Positions 48,465 to 60,674 of a stretch of DNA of 64,000 bases are shown in pieces (position 1 is the stretch's first letter; every line of letters starts with the position of its first letter). Location: contig CM059431.1 in the NCBI GenBank assembly GCA_030390025.1, positions 108,130,001 to 108,194,000 on the forward strand. Reading direction: 5' to 3'. This DNA comes from Squalus acanthias (Eukaryota). The position numbers were made by a program, and so were the translations under genes. The notes under the pieces were generated by a model that was given only the letters and a program-made list of their open reading frames with translations, had not been told where the DNA came from and made no database searches.

Positions 48465-49716
48465 ATTAATTTTAATGCCGAGAAATTGGGTGTACTGTAA
48501 ATACAAACTGGAGGCATTGACCTCCACGTGAGATTCTCCCAGTCCGTGTTCCCATCAACCAAAACATCAAATTTAACATTTATAATAAATGGAATAGATT
48601 TAGAATCGAAAACATAGATATTCCAGAAATATAAACTACTATCCCGCGCAACCGTGTACCGCAAAAACTCTACTGTTGAGGCAGTCCAGATAACCCATGA
48701 CTTGCAAATGTTCAAAATTGAGATGGGCTGCCTTACTAGGGAAAATAAATGTGTCACCTGATAGACCACATAGCATTCTGTTCATGGCAAGAATGCAAAC
48801 AAATTGAAGTATATTGTATTTTTTTTTACACTATTTTGAATAGAGATTGATTTTTTGTTGTTGTTCCTTCTTCAGGATGATAGATTATTTTATTCATGGT
48901 GACTCCAACATATGGTATTCTGTCTTTAAAAAAAGGCAGAAGAATTGCATACAACTTTAACCATCAGGCCATCATTATGGAGCAGCGACTACACTTTGAT
49001 GTTGCAAAGTATTCCCATTAAAATTAAGAGTGTAAATTATTCAGTAAAATTACCATCTTATAATTATATCTTCACATCTGCCACAAAGTACACAAGGATA
49101 TTTAACTTCTTCATTCAAACAAATGCTTGCTTGTGATCATCTACAGTCTATCACAATCAATACATAAAGGTATAATCTCAAAACATTTATACGAGGCCCG
49201 CCTCATAACTGTATTTTTTAGCATATCATATGTTCAAAGAGGATACACGTTGAAATAGTAGTGAACTCCTTTAAAAATAAGTGAAATAGTAGAGGCAACG
49301 CAACACACCGGTTTCCCAAGGTATGTTTAATACAGGAGGACGGACTTTATTCCCTGATCAGCCGCTACTCTTTATGTTCCCATCAGTCTTTCCAGTGTCC
49401 TTGGTTAGAATCATTCTATTTCCAAGCTTGAAGATTATTTTGGGGGACAACAATGACGTTCATTATGTATAATTACCACCCAACCATGGGAATAGCATGT
49501 TTGCTTTTTCAACTACAATTTAACATCAGTGTTAAGCCATCAAATGAAACCCCAGGTTGTCAATAATTGCCACAGTGGAATAAAAATGGTCATCATGTGC
49601 ACGTAATAGGCAAGGGTGAAAGAAATTTGGGGATATTAGGAAACTCAGCACACAATAGGTTAAATTTTCATCATCAGTGTACCTGGATCAGAGCTCTGTG
49701 AACCTGGATACACATT

Positions 49717-50137
49717 GGGACAACACTTGCGATCGGATGCTTCCCGCAGGCGGACGCTTCCAACTTGCAAAATGTCTGCGAATCTACCTGGTGGCCCAGG
49801 AGGTACGGAGGCTGGCGATCCTGGGCCTCGCCAGGTCCGCGCAGGCAGAGCCCCATGTATCCCAGGGGGGCAAGCAGTTCGTAGGCGCTCCTGGGATCAC
49901 GTGGACCGGCCCAACCAATAAAAGAAGGGAATCCCCATTCATAACTTTTGACAGTTCTGTACGTACGGAATTGTTATCGTACGGAATTGTCTTAAGTATG
50001 TCATAAGTAATTCTTGACAGATCACAAGTGCCGGGTTTCAGCTCATGTGCTTCACATGCCTAAACCCGGAACTTGCGCGGCCCCTACAGGCGCCTGCGCA
50101 CCTCGTACGCACCCACGGGGGTTGCAAAATACAGCCC
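49717..50137. mobile_element. Internally deleted MITE of the 34576/34946 family
   Basis: Shares cctgggatcacgtgg, ttcttgacagatcac and cgtacgcaccc blocks; ATT duplicated at 49714-49716 and 50138-50140. Confidence 0.75.
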
Positions 50138-50417
50138 ATTGAGAATTCGAGAACGCATGCAATCCACAGGCCCCTGATTTTCCATTCATTAATTTTAAGA
50201 CCTGCATGATTAGGTATGCACTCAAATTCCCAATATGTACTCTATCTCCCTGTCAGAGGCACTAAAGATGATAATTTACCCTAATATGTGCATTCACTGC
50301 ACAGCAAAAATGAGCAAAGCAAATAACATGTTGAGCTATCTAACCAAATGAACAGAGCACAAGTGAGAAGAAATAATTCTTAAACTGTAAAGTCAGGCCA
50401 TAACTTTGAGTATTAGG

Positions 50418-50790
50418 GGGTATGAAAGCATAGTGGCCCAGACTAACGATCCGGAGACATGAGTTCAAATCTCACCACGGCAGCTGGGGAATTTACAATC
50501 AATTAATTAAATCTGGAATAAAAACACTAGTATCAGTAACGGTGACCATGAAACTACCGGATTGTTATAAAATCCATCTGGTTCACGAATGTCCTTTAGG
50601 GAAGGAAACCCACTGTCCTTATCCGGTCTGGCCTATATGTGACCCCAGACCCACAGAAATGTGATTGACTCTTAACTGCCCTCTGAAATGGCCTAGTAAG
50701 CCACTTATTCAAGGCGGCGGCTCACCACCACCTTCTCAAGGGCAATTAGGGATGGCCAGTGACGCCCACATCCCACGAATGAATAAAAAT
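50418..50790 (+). mobile_element. tRNA-SINE copy with family B tail
   Basis: agcatagtgg A box, gagttcaaatct B box, same body and tail as 22369-22797. Confidence 0.85.
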
Positions 50791-50794
50791 GTAT

Positions 50795-51240
50795 AGTTCT
50801 GTTCTCCAAGACTCAAGGGAAGGATTGAAGCCCTGGAGACAGTGCAGAAGAGAGCCATGAGACTGTTCCCTAGTGTCGGAGCATTGATTTATAAGGAATA
50901 GCTGGAGAAACTTGGGCTGGTCAACCTTGAAAGAAGATGAATCAGAAGCGACCTTGTAGAGTTATATCAGTAAATGGAAAAGAAAAGATAAATCGAGGAC
51001 ACTTTCAAGTTGAAACATGACAGTAGGAAGAAGAGCACAAGTTCGAACTAGTGAAAGGCAAATTTAGGACTAATGTCAGACAGTTCCTTGAACAAGAAGT
51101 GATCTACATGTAGAATGGACTTCAATGATGGCACAGACCCTGGAATCAAGAGCTAGATGCTATGACGCGGATGACTTTAGAGTATTTTTCTGGATGGATG
51201 CGGTAGGATGAACCAAGTGGCCTTGTTCATTTGTACCTGT
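50795..51240 (+). mobile_element. Highly degraded CR1 3' fragment
   Basis: ALETVQKRAMRL and LEKLGLVNLERR remnants. Confidence 0.65.
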
Positions 51241-51717
51241 CTTGTGACTTTGTGAACACCTTGTACACTATATTGTTGATAAAAAAAGGGGAATAAAAGT
51301 CAGTGCAGGAAGAGATGCAGGTTTGAGATACACTCTGCTCAGAATTCAACTGAGCCACATCAAGCAGAAAGGCATAAATGGAGGTGATGGTGGATCTGAC
51401 ATGTCCTGCTATGGGCATTAGGTCTGGTGAATGAAGAAAAGGGAATAAATGTCCAAAAATTGAATGGAAAGTTAATCAAAATACCTTCAAAATAAAATTA
51501 GAATAAAGAGAAGCAACTCAATCTTCTTTATAATGCCGCTACCTCCGTTAGGCATTTTTTGATCGTCCAAGGAGAGAAATGTTAATTTTTGTGATGTATG
51601 GGTAACAAGGCATGTGGTCAGAACATCAGGTGATCAAATCTCCAGGAATGCCTCCAACCAGATTTGGCAACACTACCTCAACCCCTCTGAAAAGTCTGAT
51701 CATGGATTTGATATTTT

Positions 51718-51972
51718 TGTCTTTGATGTAGGGATATAAACACAGAGAAAATGCAGAGATTCAATCTATCCCTACATCAAAGACATACTAAGAGCACAGC
51801 CAAGACAATGAGATGTGTCCCAGGGGGTCCAACGTGTCAAAACACCTGCTGGCTGCATATCTTCTCCATTTGGGTTTGTTTCTTGTGTTTGTTTCTTGTG
51901 TTTGTTTTTTTAAAAGCTGGAAAGACCGGCAAAGGGATAGATTGAATCTCTGCATTTTCTCTGTGTTTATAT
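51718..51972. repeat. Nested perfect inverted repeats (19 bp and 40 bp)
   Basis: 51718-51736 pairs with 51767-51785; 51734-51773 pairs with 51933-51972. Confidence 0.9.
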
Positions 51973-52007
51973 TCTGTGAATTCTGGTAGATTGTCTCACA
52001 GTAACTC

Positions 52008-52043
52008 TACCTGAGGAAGGGGCGACAGCTCCGAAAGCTTGTA
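52008..52043 (+). ncRNA. Minimal type-I hammerhead ribozyme motif (family 2)
   Basis: TAC-CTGAGGA-A-GGGGC(GACA)GCTCC-GAA-AGCT-T-GTA: stem I TAC/GTA, stem II with one G-U pair, palindromic AGCU stem III; followed by aaataaatctgttggactataacctggtgttgtg. Confidence 0.7.
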
Positions 52044-52112
52044 ATTTTAAATAAATCTGTTGGACTATAACCTGGTGTTGTGCGACTTCTCATTTTTATG
52101 AATTTCTTAGGG

Positions 52113-52321
52113 CAGATATCGCCGAACTGGGAACAGTGCGGCTTCAGGCCGGTAAGTAGACTCAGCCTAATCATAACCCCTCCCTCAAGAACCAGTCTCA
52201 CTGGGTGAGGGTTTTAAATTAAAAAAAATCAGCCCCATACACTTCCAGCAGAGGTCACTCGATAATTATTCCCCCTCTGGTAACTGAGCCAATTTATAGC
52301 ACCCCTTCTGTCTCTCAAAAT
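52113..52321 (+). repeat. About 200-bp direct repeat, copy 1
   Basis: agatatcgccga-ctgggaacagtgcggcttcaggccggtaagt...ccccttctgtc-ctcaaaat recurs at 55641-55836. Confidence 0.85.
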
Positions 52322-52544
52322 TAATCCAATTCAAAAGCTGCACCCAGGCACAATGGATCGCCTCGGCACATTGACTAGCGGAAACTCAGGCAGGTCAGAG
52401 TGCATGCCCATAATGGAAGCTGCCTGGATTTATTTATCTTGGCCTCTTTTGGACGCTCTGCTACCTCCCGCCAGGTTTCTCTAGCGCATTTGACAACGGG
52501 CGGCCTCCCCCGAGTCTTGGCGAAAAATCACCTCACGGCACCGA

Positions 52545-55500
52545 TGAGGTCATATTTGAAAGTTCTTTATCTGAATGCACGTAGCATTCGTAACAAAATG
52601 GACCAGTTAACGGCACAAATAATTACGTATGGGTATGATCTTGTGGCCATTACAGAAACATGGCTGCAGGGTGACAATGACTGGGAATTAAATATGCCAG
52701 GGTATTTAACAATCAGGAAGGACAGGCAGAAAGGAAGGGGAGGTGGGGTGGCTATGTTAATAAAAGGAAGGAATCACTGTAATACAGAGAAATGATATTG
52801 GGTCAAAGGATCAGGATAATGAAACAGTTTGGGTGGAGATGAGGAATAATAAGGGGAAAAAAACATTAGTGGGAGTAGTATATAGGCCTCCTAATAGTTG
52901 CAACTCTGCTGGAAGAAGTATTAATCAGGAAATAGTTGGGGCATGTAATAAGGGAACAGCTATAATTATGGGGGATTTTAACTATCATATTAACTGGACA
53001 AATCAAATTGGGCAGGGCAGCCTTGAGGAAGAGTTTATTGAGTGTATTAGGGATGGATTTCTTGAACAGTATGTAACTGATCCTACAAGGGGGCAAGCAA
53101 CCTTGGACCTGGTCCTGTGTAATGAGTCAGGATTAATTAATAATGTCCTAGTTAAGGATCCCCTTGGAATGAGTGACCATAACATGGTTGAATTCCATAT
53201 CCAATTAGAGGGTGAGAAGGTTGGTTCTCAAACAAGCGTACTGAGCTTGAATAAAAGAGACTATGATGGTATGAGAGCAGAATTGATTAAAGTGGACTGG
53301 GAAAATAGATTAAAGGGTAAGACGGTACATGAGCAGTGGTGTTCATTTAAGGAGTTATTTTACAACTTTCAAAAAAATATATTCCACTGAGGGAAAAAAG
53401 GGTGTAAAAGAAATGACAGCCATCTGTGGCTAAGTAAAGAAATTAAGGATAGTATCCGACTAAAAACAAGGACATATAAGGTAGCCAAACTTAGTGGGAG
53501 GATAGAAGATTGGGAAGTCTTCAAAAGACAGCAAAAAGTAACTAAAGGATTGATTAAGAAAGGGAGATAGATTATGAAAATAAATTAGCAAAAAATATAA
53601 AAACAGATAGCAAGAGTTTCTAGTTACATAAAAAGAAAAAGGGTGGTTAAGGCAAACGTAGGTCCCTTAGAGGATGGGACCGGGAAATTAATGGTGGGAA
53701 ACATGGAGATGGCAAAAATGCTGAACAAATATTTTGTTTCAGTCTTTACGGTAGAGGACACTAAGAATATCCCAACACTGGACAAACAGGGGGCTCTAGG
53801 GGGGGGGGAGGAGCTAAATACGATTAAAATCACTAAGGAATTGGTACTCAGTAAAATAATGGGACTCAAGGCGGATAAATCCCCTGGCCCTGATGGCTTA
53901 CATCCTAGGGTCTTGAGGGAAGTGGCAGTAGGGATTGTGGATGATTTGGTAATAATTTTCCAAAATTCCCTGGACTCAGCAAAGGTCCCGGCAGATTGGA
54001 AAACTGCTAATGTAACACCCTTATTTAAAAAGGGTAGTAGGCAGAAGGCTGGAAATTATAGACCAGTTAGCCTAACATCTGTTGTGGGTAAAATTTGGGA
54101 GTCTATTATTAAGGAGACAGTAATGGAACATTTAGATAAACATAATTTAATAGGACAAAGTCAGCATGGCTTTATGAAGGGGAAGTCATGTCTGACAAAT
54201 TTGCTTGAGTTCTTTGAGGACATAACGTACAGGGTGGATAAAGGGGAACCAGTGGACGTAGTGTATTTAGACTTCCAGAAGGCATTCAACAAGGTGCCAC
54301 ATAAAAGATTATTGCTCAAGATAAAAATCACTGGATTGGGGGTAATATTCTGGCAATGGGGAAGGATTCGTTATCTAACAGGAAGCAGAGAGTTGGGATA
54401 AATGGTTCATTCTCAGACTGGCAACCAGTAGCCAGTGGTGTTCCGCAGGGGTCGGTGCTGGGTCCCCAACTCTTTACAATCTATATTAACTATTTGGAGG
54501 AGGGGACCGAGTGTAACATATCAAAGTTTGCAGATGATACAGAGATGGGAGGGAAAGTAGAAAGTGAGGAGGACATAAAAAACCTACAAGGGGATATAGA
54601 CAGGCTGGGTGAGTGGGCGAAGATTTGGCAGATGCAATACAATATTGGAAAATGTGAGGTTATGCACTTTGGCAGGAAAAATCAGAGAGCAAGTTATTAT
54701 CTTAATGGCGAGAAACTGGAAAGTACTGCAGTACAAAGGGATCTGGGGGTCCTAGTGCAAGAAAATCAAAAAGTTAGTATGCAGGTGCAGCAGGTGATCA
54801 AGAAGGCCAATGGAATGTTGGCTTTTATTGCTAGGGGGATAGATTATAAAAACAGTGAGGTATTGCTGAAGTTATATAAGGTATTGGTGAGACCGCACCT
54901 GGAATACTGCATACAGTTTTGGTGTCCATACTTAAGAAAAGACATACTTGCTCTCGAGGCAGTACAAAGAAGGTTCACTCGGTTAATCCCGGGGATGAGG
55001 GGGTGGACATACGAGGAAAGGTTGAGTAGATTGGGACTCTACTCATTGGAGTTCAGAAGAATGAGAGGCGATCTTATTGAAACATATAAGATTGTGAAGG
55101 GGTTTGATCGGGTGGATGCGGTAAGGATGTTCCCAAGAATGGGTGAAATTAGAATTAGGGGGCATAATCTTAGAATAAGGGGCTGCTCCTTCAAAACTGT
55201 GATGAGGAGAAACTTCTTCACTCAGAGGGTAGTAGGTCTGTGGAATTTGCTGCCCCAGGAAGCTGTGGAAGCTACATCATTAAATAAATTTAAAACAGAA
55301 ATAGACATTTTCCTAGAAGTAAAGGGAATTAGGGGTTACGGGGCGCGGGCAGGAAATTGGACATGAGGCTGAGTTCGGATCGGTCAAGGCCCTGTGGGTG
55401 GCGGAGCGGGCCCAGGGGCTGAGTGGCCGGGTCCTGCTCCTACTTCTTGTGTTCTTTAGATTTGAGGTTAGGATCAGATCAGCCATGATCTTATTGAGTG

Positions 55501-55575
55501 GCGGAGCAGGCTCGAGGGGCCGATTGGCCTACTCCTGCTCCTATTTCTTATGTTCTTATCTTATGTTCTTATGTC
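52545..55575 (+). mobile_element. CR1 LINE with near-complete ORF2 (APE plus RT; several frameshifts and stops)
   Basis: [64 protein letters not shown]; (ttcttatg)n tail; no ORF1. Confidence 0.95.
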
Positions 55576-55640
55576 TACATTTAAATTAGGCCCTCGCTCC
55601 CCTGCAGCAGGAGCTTCGGCCCTTTTCAGAGTCGGGGAGA

Positions 55641-55836
55641 AGATATCGCCGAGCTGGGAACAGTGCGGCTTCAGGCCGGTAAGTGGACTCGGCCTAATCC
55701 CAACCCCTCCCTCACAAATCACTCTCACTGGCCGAGGGGGGTTTAAAATCAACCCCATACACTTCCAGCAGAGGTCAGTGATCTTTCCCCTCTGGTAACT
55801 GAGCCAATTTAGAACACCCCTTCTGTCACTCAAAAT
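55641..55836 (+). repeat. About 200-bp direct repeat, copy 2
   Basis: See 52113-52321. Confidence 0.85.
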
Positions 55837-55854
55837 CTGAGTTAAATGATGCAA

Positions 55855-56155
55855 AAACAACTTGTATTTATATAACACCTTTAATGTAATAAAACGTCCC
55901 AAGGCGATTCACAGGAGCACTATAAAACAATATGTGACACCGAGTCACATAAGGAGATATTAGGGTAGATGGCCAAAAGCTTAGTCAAAGAGATAGGTTC
56001 TAAGGAGCGTCTTAAAAGGAGGAGAGAGAGGTAGAGAGGCAGAGGGGTTTAGAGAGGGAAATCCAGAGCTTAGGGCCTAGGCCGCCAATGGTGGCGCGAT
56101 GAAAATTGGGAATGTGCAAGAGGCCAGAATTGGAGGAACACAGAGATCTTGGAGG
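55855..56155 (-). mobile_element. L2 LINE 3' end
   Basis: Reverse complement of the L2 3' ends at 1-170 and 37815-37975. Confidence 0.8.
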
Positions 56156-56221
56156 GCGGAGGTCAGCTAAATCACCAGACCGTGGATTGAAGCTGGCACC
56201 TTCCTAATCTGTATTTTTTTT

Positions 56222-56845
56222 TTAATTCATTCATGGGATGTGGCTGTCGCTGGCAAGGCCAGCATTTATTGCCCATCTCTAATTGCCCTTGAGAAGGTGA
56301 TGGTGAACCACCTTCTTGAACAGCTGCAGCCCGTGTGGTGAAGGTACTTCCACAGTGCTGTTAGGTAGGGTGTTCCAAGACTTTGACCCAGCGACGATGA
56401 AGGATCGGCGATATTTTTCTAAGTCAGGATGGTGTGTGACTTGGAGGGGAAATTGGAGGTGAGACACTCACCGCAGAATACCTAGCCTCTGACCTGCTCT
56501 TGTTGCCACAGTGGCTGGTCCAGTTAAGTTTCTGGTCAATGGTGACCCCCAGGATGTTGATGGTGGGGGATTCAGCGATTGTAATGCCATTGAATGTCAA
56601 GGGCCGGTGGTTAGACTCTCGCTTGTTGGAGATAGTCATTGCCTGGCACTTCTGTGGTGCGAATGTTACCTGCCACTTATCAGCCCAAGCCTGAACGTCG
56701 TCCAGGTCTTGTTGCATGCGGGCATGGACTGCTTCATTATCTGAGCAGTTGTGAAGGTTGCTGAACACTGTGCAGTCATTAGCGAGCATCCCCATTTCTG
56801 ACCTTATGTTGGAGGGAAGGTCATTGATGAAGCAGCTGAAGATGA
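56222..56845 (-). mobile_element. LINE family B fragment with internal deletion
   Basis: MQQDLDDVQAWADKWQVTFAPQKCQAM, ILGVTIDQKLNW; family B 3' tail. Confidence 0.9.
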
Positions 56846-57575
56846 TGCAAGCTACTCATTGGATGACCTAGCTGAGCCTATGGGGAGATGATTTCATGCA
56901 AAGTTCTTGTCTCAGTTCCCTAGAGCTTCCCTAGAAGAAGAAAAGCTACAGGTAAGTCTGATGAAAACTGCTGGAAGAATGTTTAACAAGGGAATGGGTG
57001 AGTCAGTCTGTCCAGTCCATTTTAATTTGAAGACACAAACCTTCAGTGGCGGATACCAGCATTTAAAGCTCCAAATTCAGACAACCCATTTAATATTTTT
57101 ACATGGCAAATCTTTTTGTTGATTCAGCTCCCGTTTACCATTATAAATGAGATATCATAGGATTTCTTAGAATAGTGGAGTCCGCCAAAATTTTGTTGTG
57201 CGATGTTACTAAGAACAGTCAAGTGAAGGAAGAGAGGGAATTATAAGCAATTATAATGCTCCATCGCTCTCAAAGTAAGTGTCATGTGCCAGTAAGATAA
57301 GAGTTTTACTAACAAGTGGTTTAGATTACCTTGTATATATTACTAAAACAAAATACTGAATATTGATTCCGCGCCTCGAGTGCTGTATAATGGGCTGTAG
57401 ATAGTTTGGAGCTGGAGATAAATAAAATATGATTGCAATTAATTCAAATCAGCATATTTACCTCTGGAATTAAATAGGTTTATTTTAAATCGGACCTTTC
57501 TAGGAGTGGATAGATTTGAGTACTATTGATTTGAAGAACAAAAATAATTGTTGGAAATACAGCTTTAAACATTAC

Positions 57576-58397
57576 GGGCTAGATTTTGCCGGTGCTCAGA
57601 GGGCAGGTTTGGAGGCGGTTCAAAGGTTAAAATCATTTTGATTGATGGCGGGTTGCGATCCCACCATCAACCCACCTCCAAACAATTTTTCCAAGTGCAG
57701 GGTCCCTGATTTGCGCATGGACCCGACACCTAGCAGCGGGAAGAGGATTAAAAGCAATTACCTGCCTATTAACAGGTACTTGCCAGTAGTGGACAGGCTC
57801 TTTTTGAATTTTGCCGCTTCTGGCTCGGGCTTGCCAACGTCCGGACACCGCGTCAGGTAAGTGTGGCTGTAATGTTTCTGGATTGATGACAGCTGCAGAA
57901 GTGGTGTGAAGGATCCAATGTTGCACATGGTGAGTTTCAGATGTAAGAAAATGTTGGGAAATGCATTTTTTATACATTTACACATTTCTTTAGGTAACAA
58001 GTTTTGAAGTCCATGTCCAGTGACACATCATTGGGAGAACCTCTCTCATCAGTGACAGATCACTTCTGTCACCTCACCTGCAGCTGCCATCTATTCCAGC
58101 CTATGGAGGGAGTCATTGGAGAGCCTGGGTGCAAGAGGTCACCTTTGTGCAGTGATCGTCAGTGTTTGCAGCACCTCAATGCTGTCAAACACTGAGAAAT
58201 CAGCTGTCAAAAAAAATTGTGCTTGATCCCTTTAAGAAAACCGACAGATGAAGCATCATCAAATGACGTCATCTGACCTGCTTCCTCTTAATCAACGTAA
58301 AATCACGTCTGTGGATCGGATGCAGTTGGGGGCGGGGCTGGAAGCCGGAGACCATCTGACCCGCACCCAACCCGCCTCCATTGAAAAAATTGCGGCC
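57576..58397. mobile_element. Non-autonomous Harbinger element, inverted relative to 41102-41978
   Basis: Near reverse complement of 41102-41978; ends GGGCTAGATTTT and AAAATTGCGGCC; TAC duplicated at 57573-57575 and 58398-58400. Confidence 0.88.
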
Positions 58398-58454
58398 TAC
58401 ATTTCACTGTCTGCACTATAACGGTTAATGAATAATAGGATGTTAAACTGACCC

Positions 58455-59910
58455 AATTAGGAGAACCAAGCTGAATACAAAAAGTACAGGTGAAAACTGA
58501 AAAAGGAAATAAGAGGGGCAAGAGAGTGTATGAGAATAGATTAGCAGATAACATAAAAGGGAACCCAAAAGTATTTTATAAGACTTATAACTGGTAAAAG
58601 GATAGTTCAAAGGAAGGGTGGGACCGATTAGGGACCTAAAAAGGAGATCTTCTTGTGGAAGCAGAGGGCATGACTGAGGAACTAAATGAATAGATTGCAT
58701 CTGTCTTCACTAAAGAAGAGGATGCTGCCAATGTCACAGTAAAGGAGGCAATAGTAGAGAAATTGGATAGGATAAAAATAGATAAAGAGGAGGTACTTAA
58801 AAGGTTGGCAGTGCTCAATATAGAAAAGTCACCTGGTCCAATGGGACGCATCCTAGGTTGCTGAGGGAAGCAAGGTTGGAAACTGTTCTGGCCACAACCT
58901 TCCAATCCTCCTTAAATATGGGAGTGGTGTCAGAGGACTGGGGGGATTGCAAATGTTACATCCCTGTTCAAAAAAAGGGGACAGGGATAAACCTGACAAC
59001 TGCAGGCCCAGTCAGGCAACGTCAGTGGTGCGAAAACTTTTAGAGACATTAAACCGAGACAAAATGAATTTGCACTTTGAGAAAGTATGGGTTAATAAAT
59101 GAAAAGCAGCGCAGATTTGTTAATGGCAAATCATGTTTGACTAACTTGATTGAGTTCTTTGATGAAGTAATGGAGATGGTGGATGAAGGTGGTGTGGTTG
59201 ATGTGTATATGAACTTTCAAAAGATGTTTGATAAAGTATCGCATAATGGACTCATTAGCAAAATTGAAGCCCATGGGATTGAAGGGGCAGTGGCTGCATG
59301 CATACAAAATTGGCTAAGAGACAGAAAGCAGAGAGTAGTGGTGCACAGCTGTTTATCAGACAGGAGAGAAGTGTGCAGTGGTGTCCCCCCAGGGGTCAGT
59401 GTTGGGACCACAGCTCTTTTTGATATATATTAATGACCTGGACTTGGGCATAATTTCAAAGTTTGCAGATGACACAAAACTCAAAAATGTAGTAAAAAAT
59501 GAGGAGGATTGCAAATGACTTCAGGAGGGCATGACAGACGAGTGAAATGCGCAGACACATGGCAGATGAAATTTGACACAGAAAAGTGTGAAGTGATTCA
59601 TTTTGGTAGGAAGAAATGAGGAGAGGCAATATAAACTAAATGGCACGATTTGAACGGGGGTACAGGAACAGAGAGACCCAAGGGTGTGTGTATACAAATC
59701 TTTGAAGGTGGCACAGCAAGTTGAGAAAGCTGTTAAAAAGGCATACAGGATCCTTGGCTTTATAAATAGAGGCATGGAGTACAAAAGCAAGGAAGTTATG
59801 TTAAACCTTTAAAAAAAACACTGGTTAGGCCCCAGCTAGGGTATAAGTAGCCAATTCTGGGCACCACACTTTAGGAAGGTTGTCAAAACCTTAAAGAGGG
59901 TGCAGAGGAA
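58455..59910 (+). mobile_element. Degraded CR1 ORF2 internal fragment
   Basis: [44 protein letters not shown]. Confidence 0.9.
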
Positions 59911-60674
59911 TTCATCCGTTACATAGGGCTGAATTTTGCCGGCGCTCAGAGGGCGGATCAGCTGTCAAAGTAGCAAAGATCGACAGTGGGTAGGGAAACC
60001 GCTGTCAACCCACCTCCACGTGAGTCTCCCAGGTGTCGGGCCTGTCGGCGCTGAACAGACCAGATACCAAGCGGCAGGGAAGCAATTTACATAATTAAAT
60101 AGTTGTTAACATCCAATTAACTGTTATTTTAAGGCTACATTTCAATTTTACGGGCTTCCCCATGGGTTACCCACTGCTCGGAGAAGACGTCAGCTCAGCA
60201 TGTCGTGAGTGGATTCAGCATTGAATTATCTCATGACCTGACAGCTGCCAAAGTTGGATAAAAGATCTCATTTTATAGCTGTTCACTTTCAAAGCTCAGA
60301 AACTGTTGGTTACTGCATTTGGAAGAAATACTGAGCTTTCTGCATCTCGCAAGTGTTTGGAGTCAACTCTCTATCCAGTGACACCTCATTGGAACAACCT
60401 CACTCACCATTGACAGATCGCTTCTGTCATCTCAAACTTACCTGCCATCTATTCCATCAGCATGGGTGCCCTTGAAAATATCTCACCTTGGTCCTCAGAA
60501 TCCCACCAAGATCAGCCCCAACACCAGCAGCACCAGGCACACCAGCAGCAACACCACCACCACCAGCCTTCTCCGCAATCAACTGATGCCCTGTGTCCTA
60601 TGCAGCATCAGCACCCGACAATATTGCTGCTTAGGATGCCAGGGATAGCCTCACCATGGCCAGATTTACTTCAC

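Noticed and set aside
47641..48769. ORFs of 165 aa (47641-48138) and 151 aa (48314-48769)
   Set aside because: Both cross MITE boundaries and show no recognisable domain
52113..55836. LTR retrotransposon
   Set aside because: The interior is a CR1 APE-RT with its own tail; no gag, protease, integrase, TG...CA ends or primer-binding site
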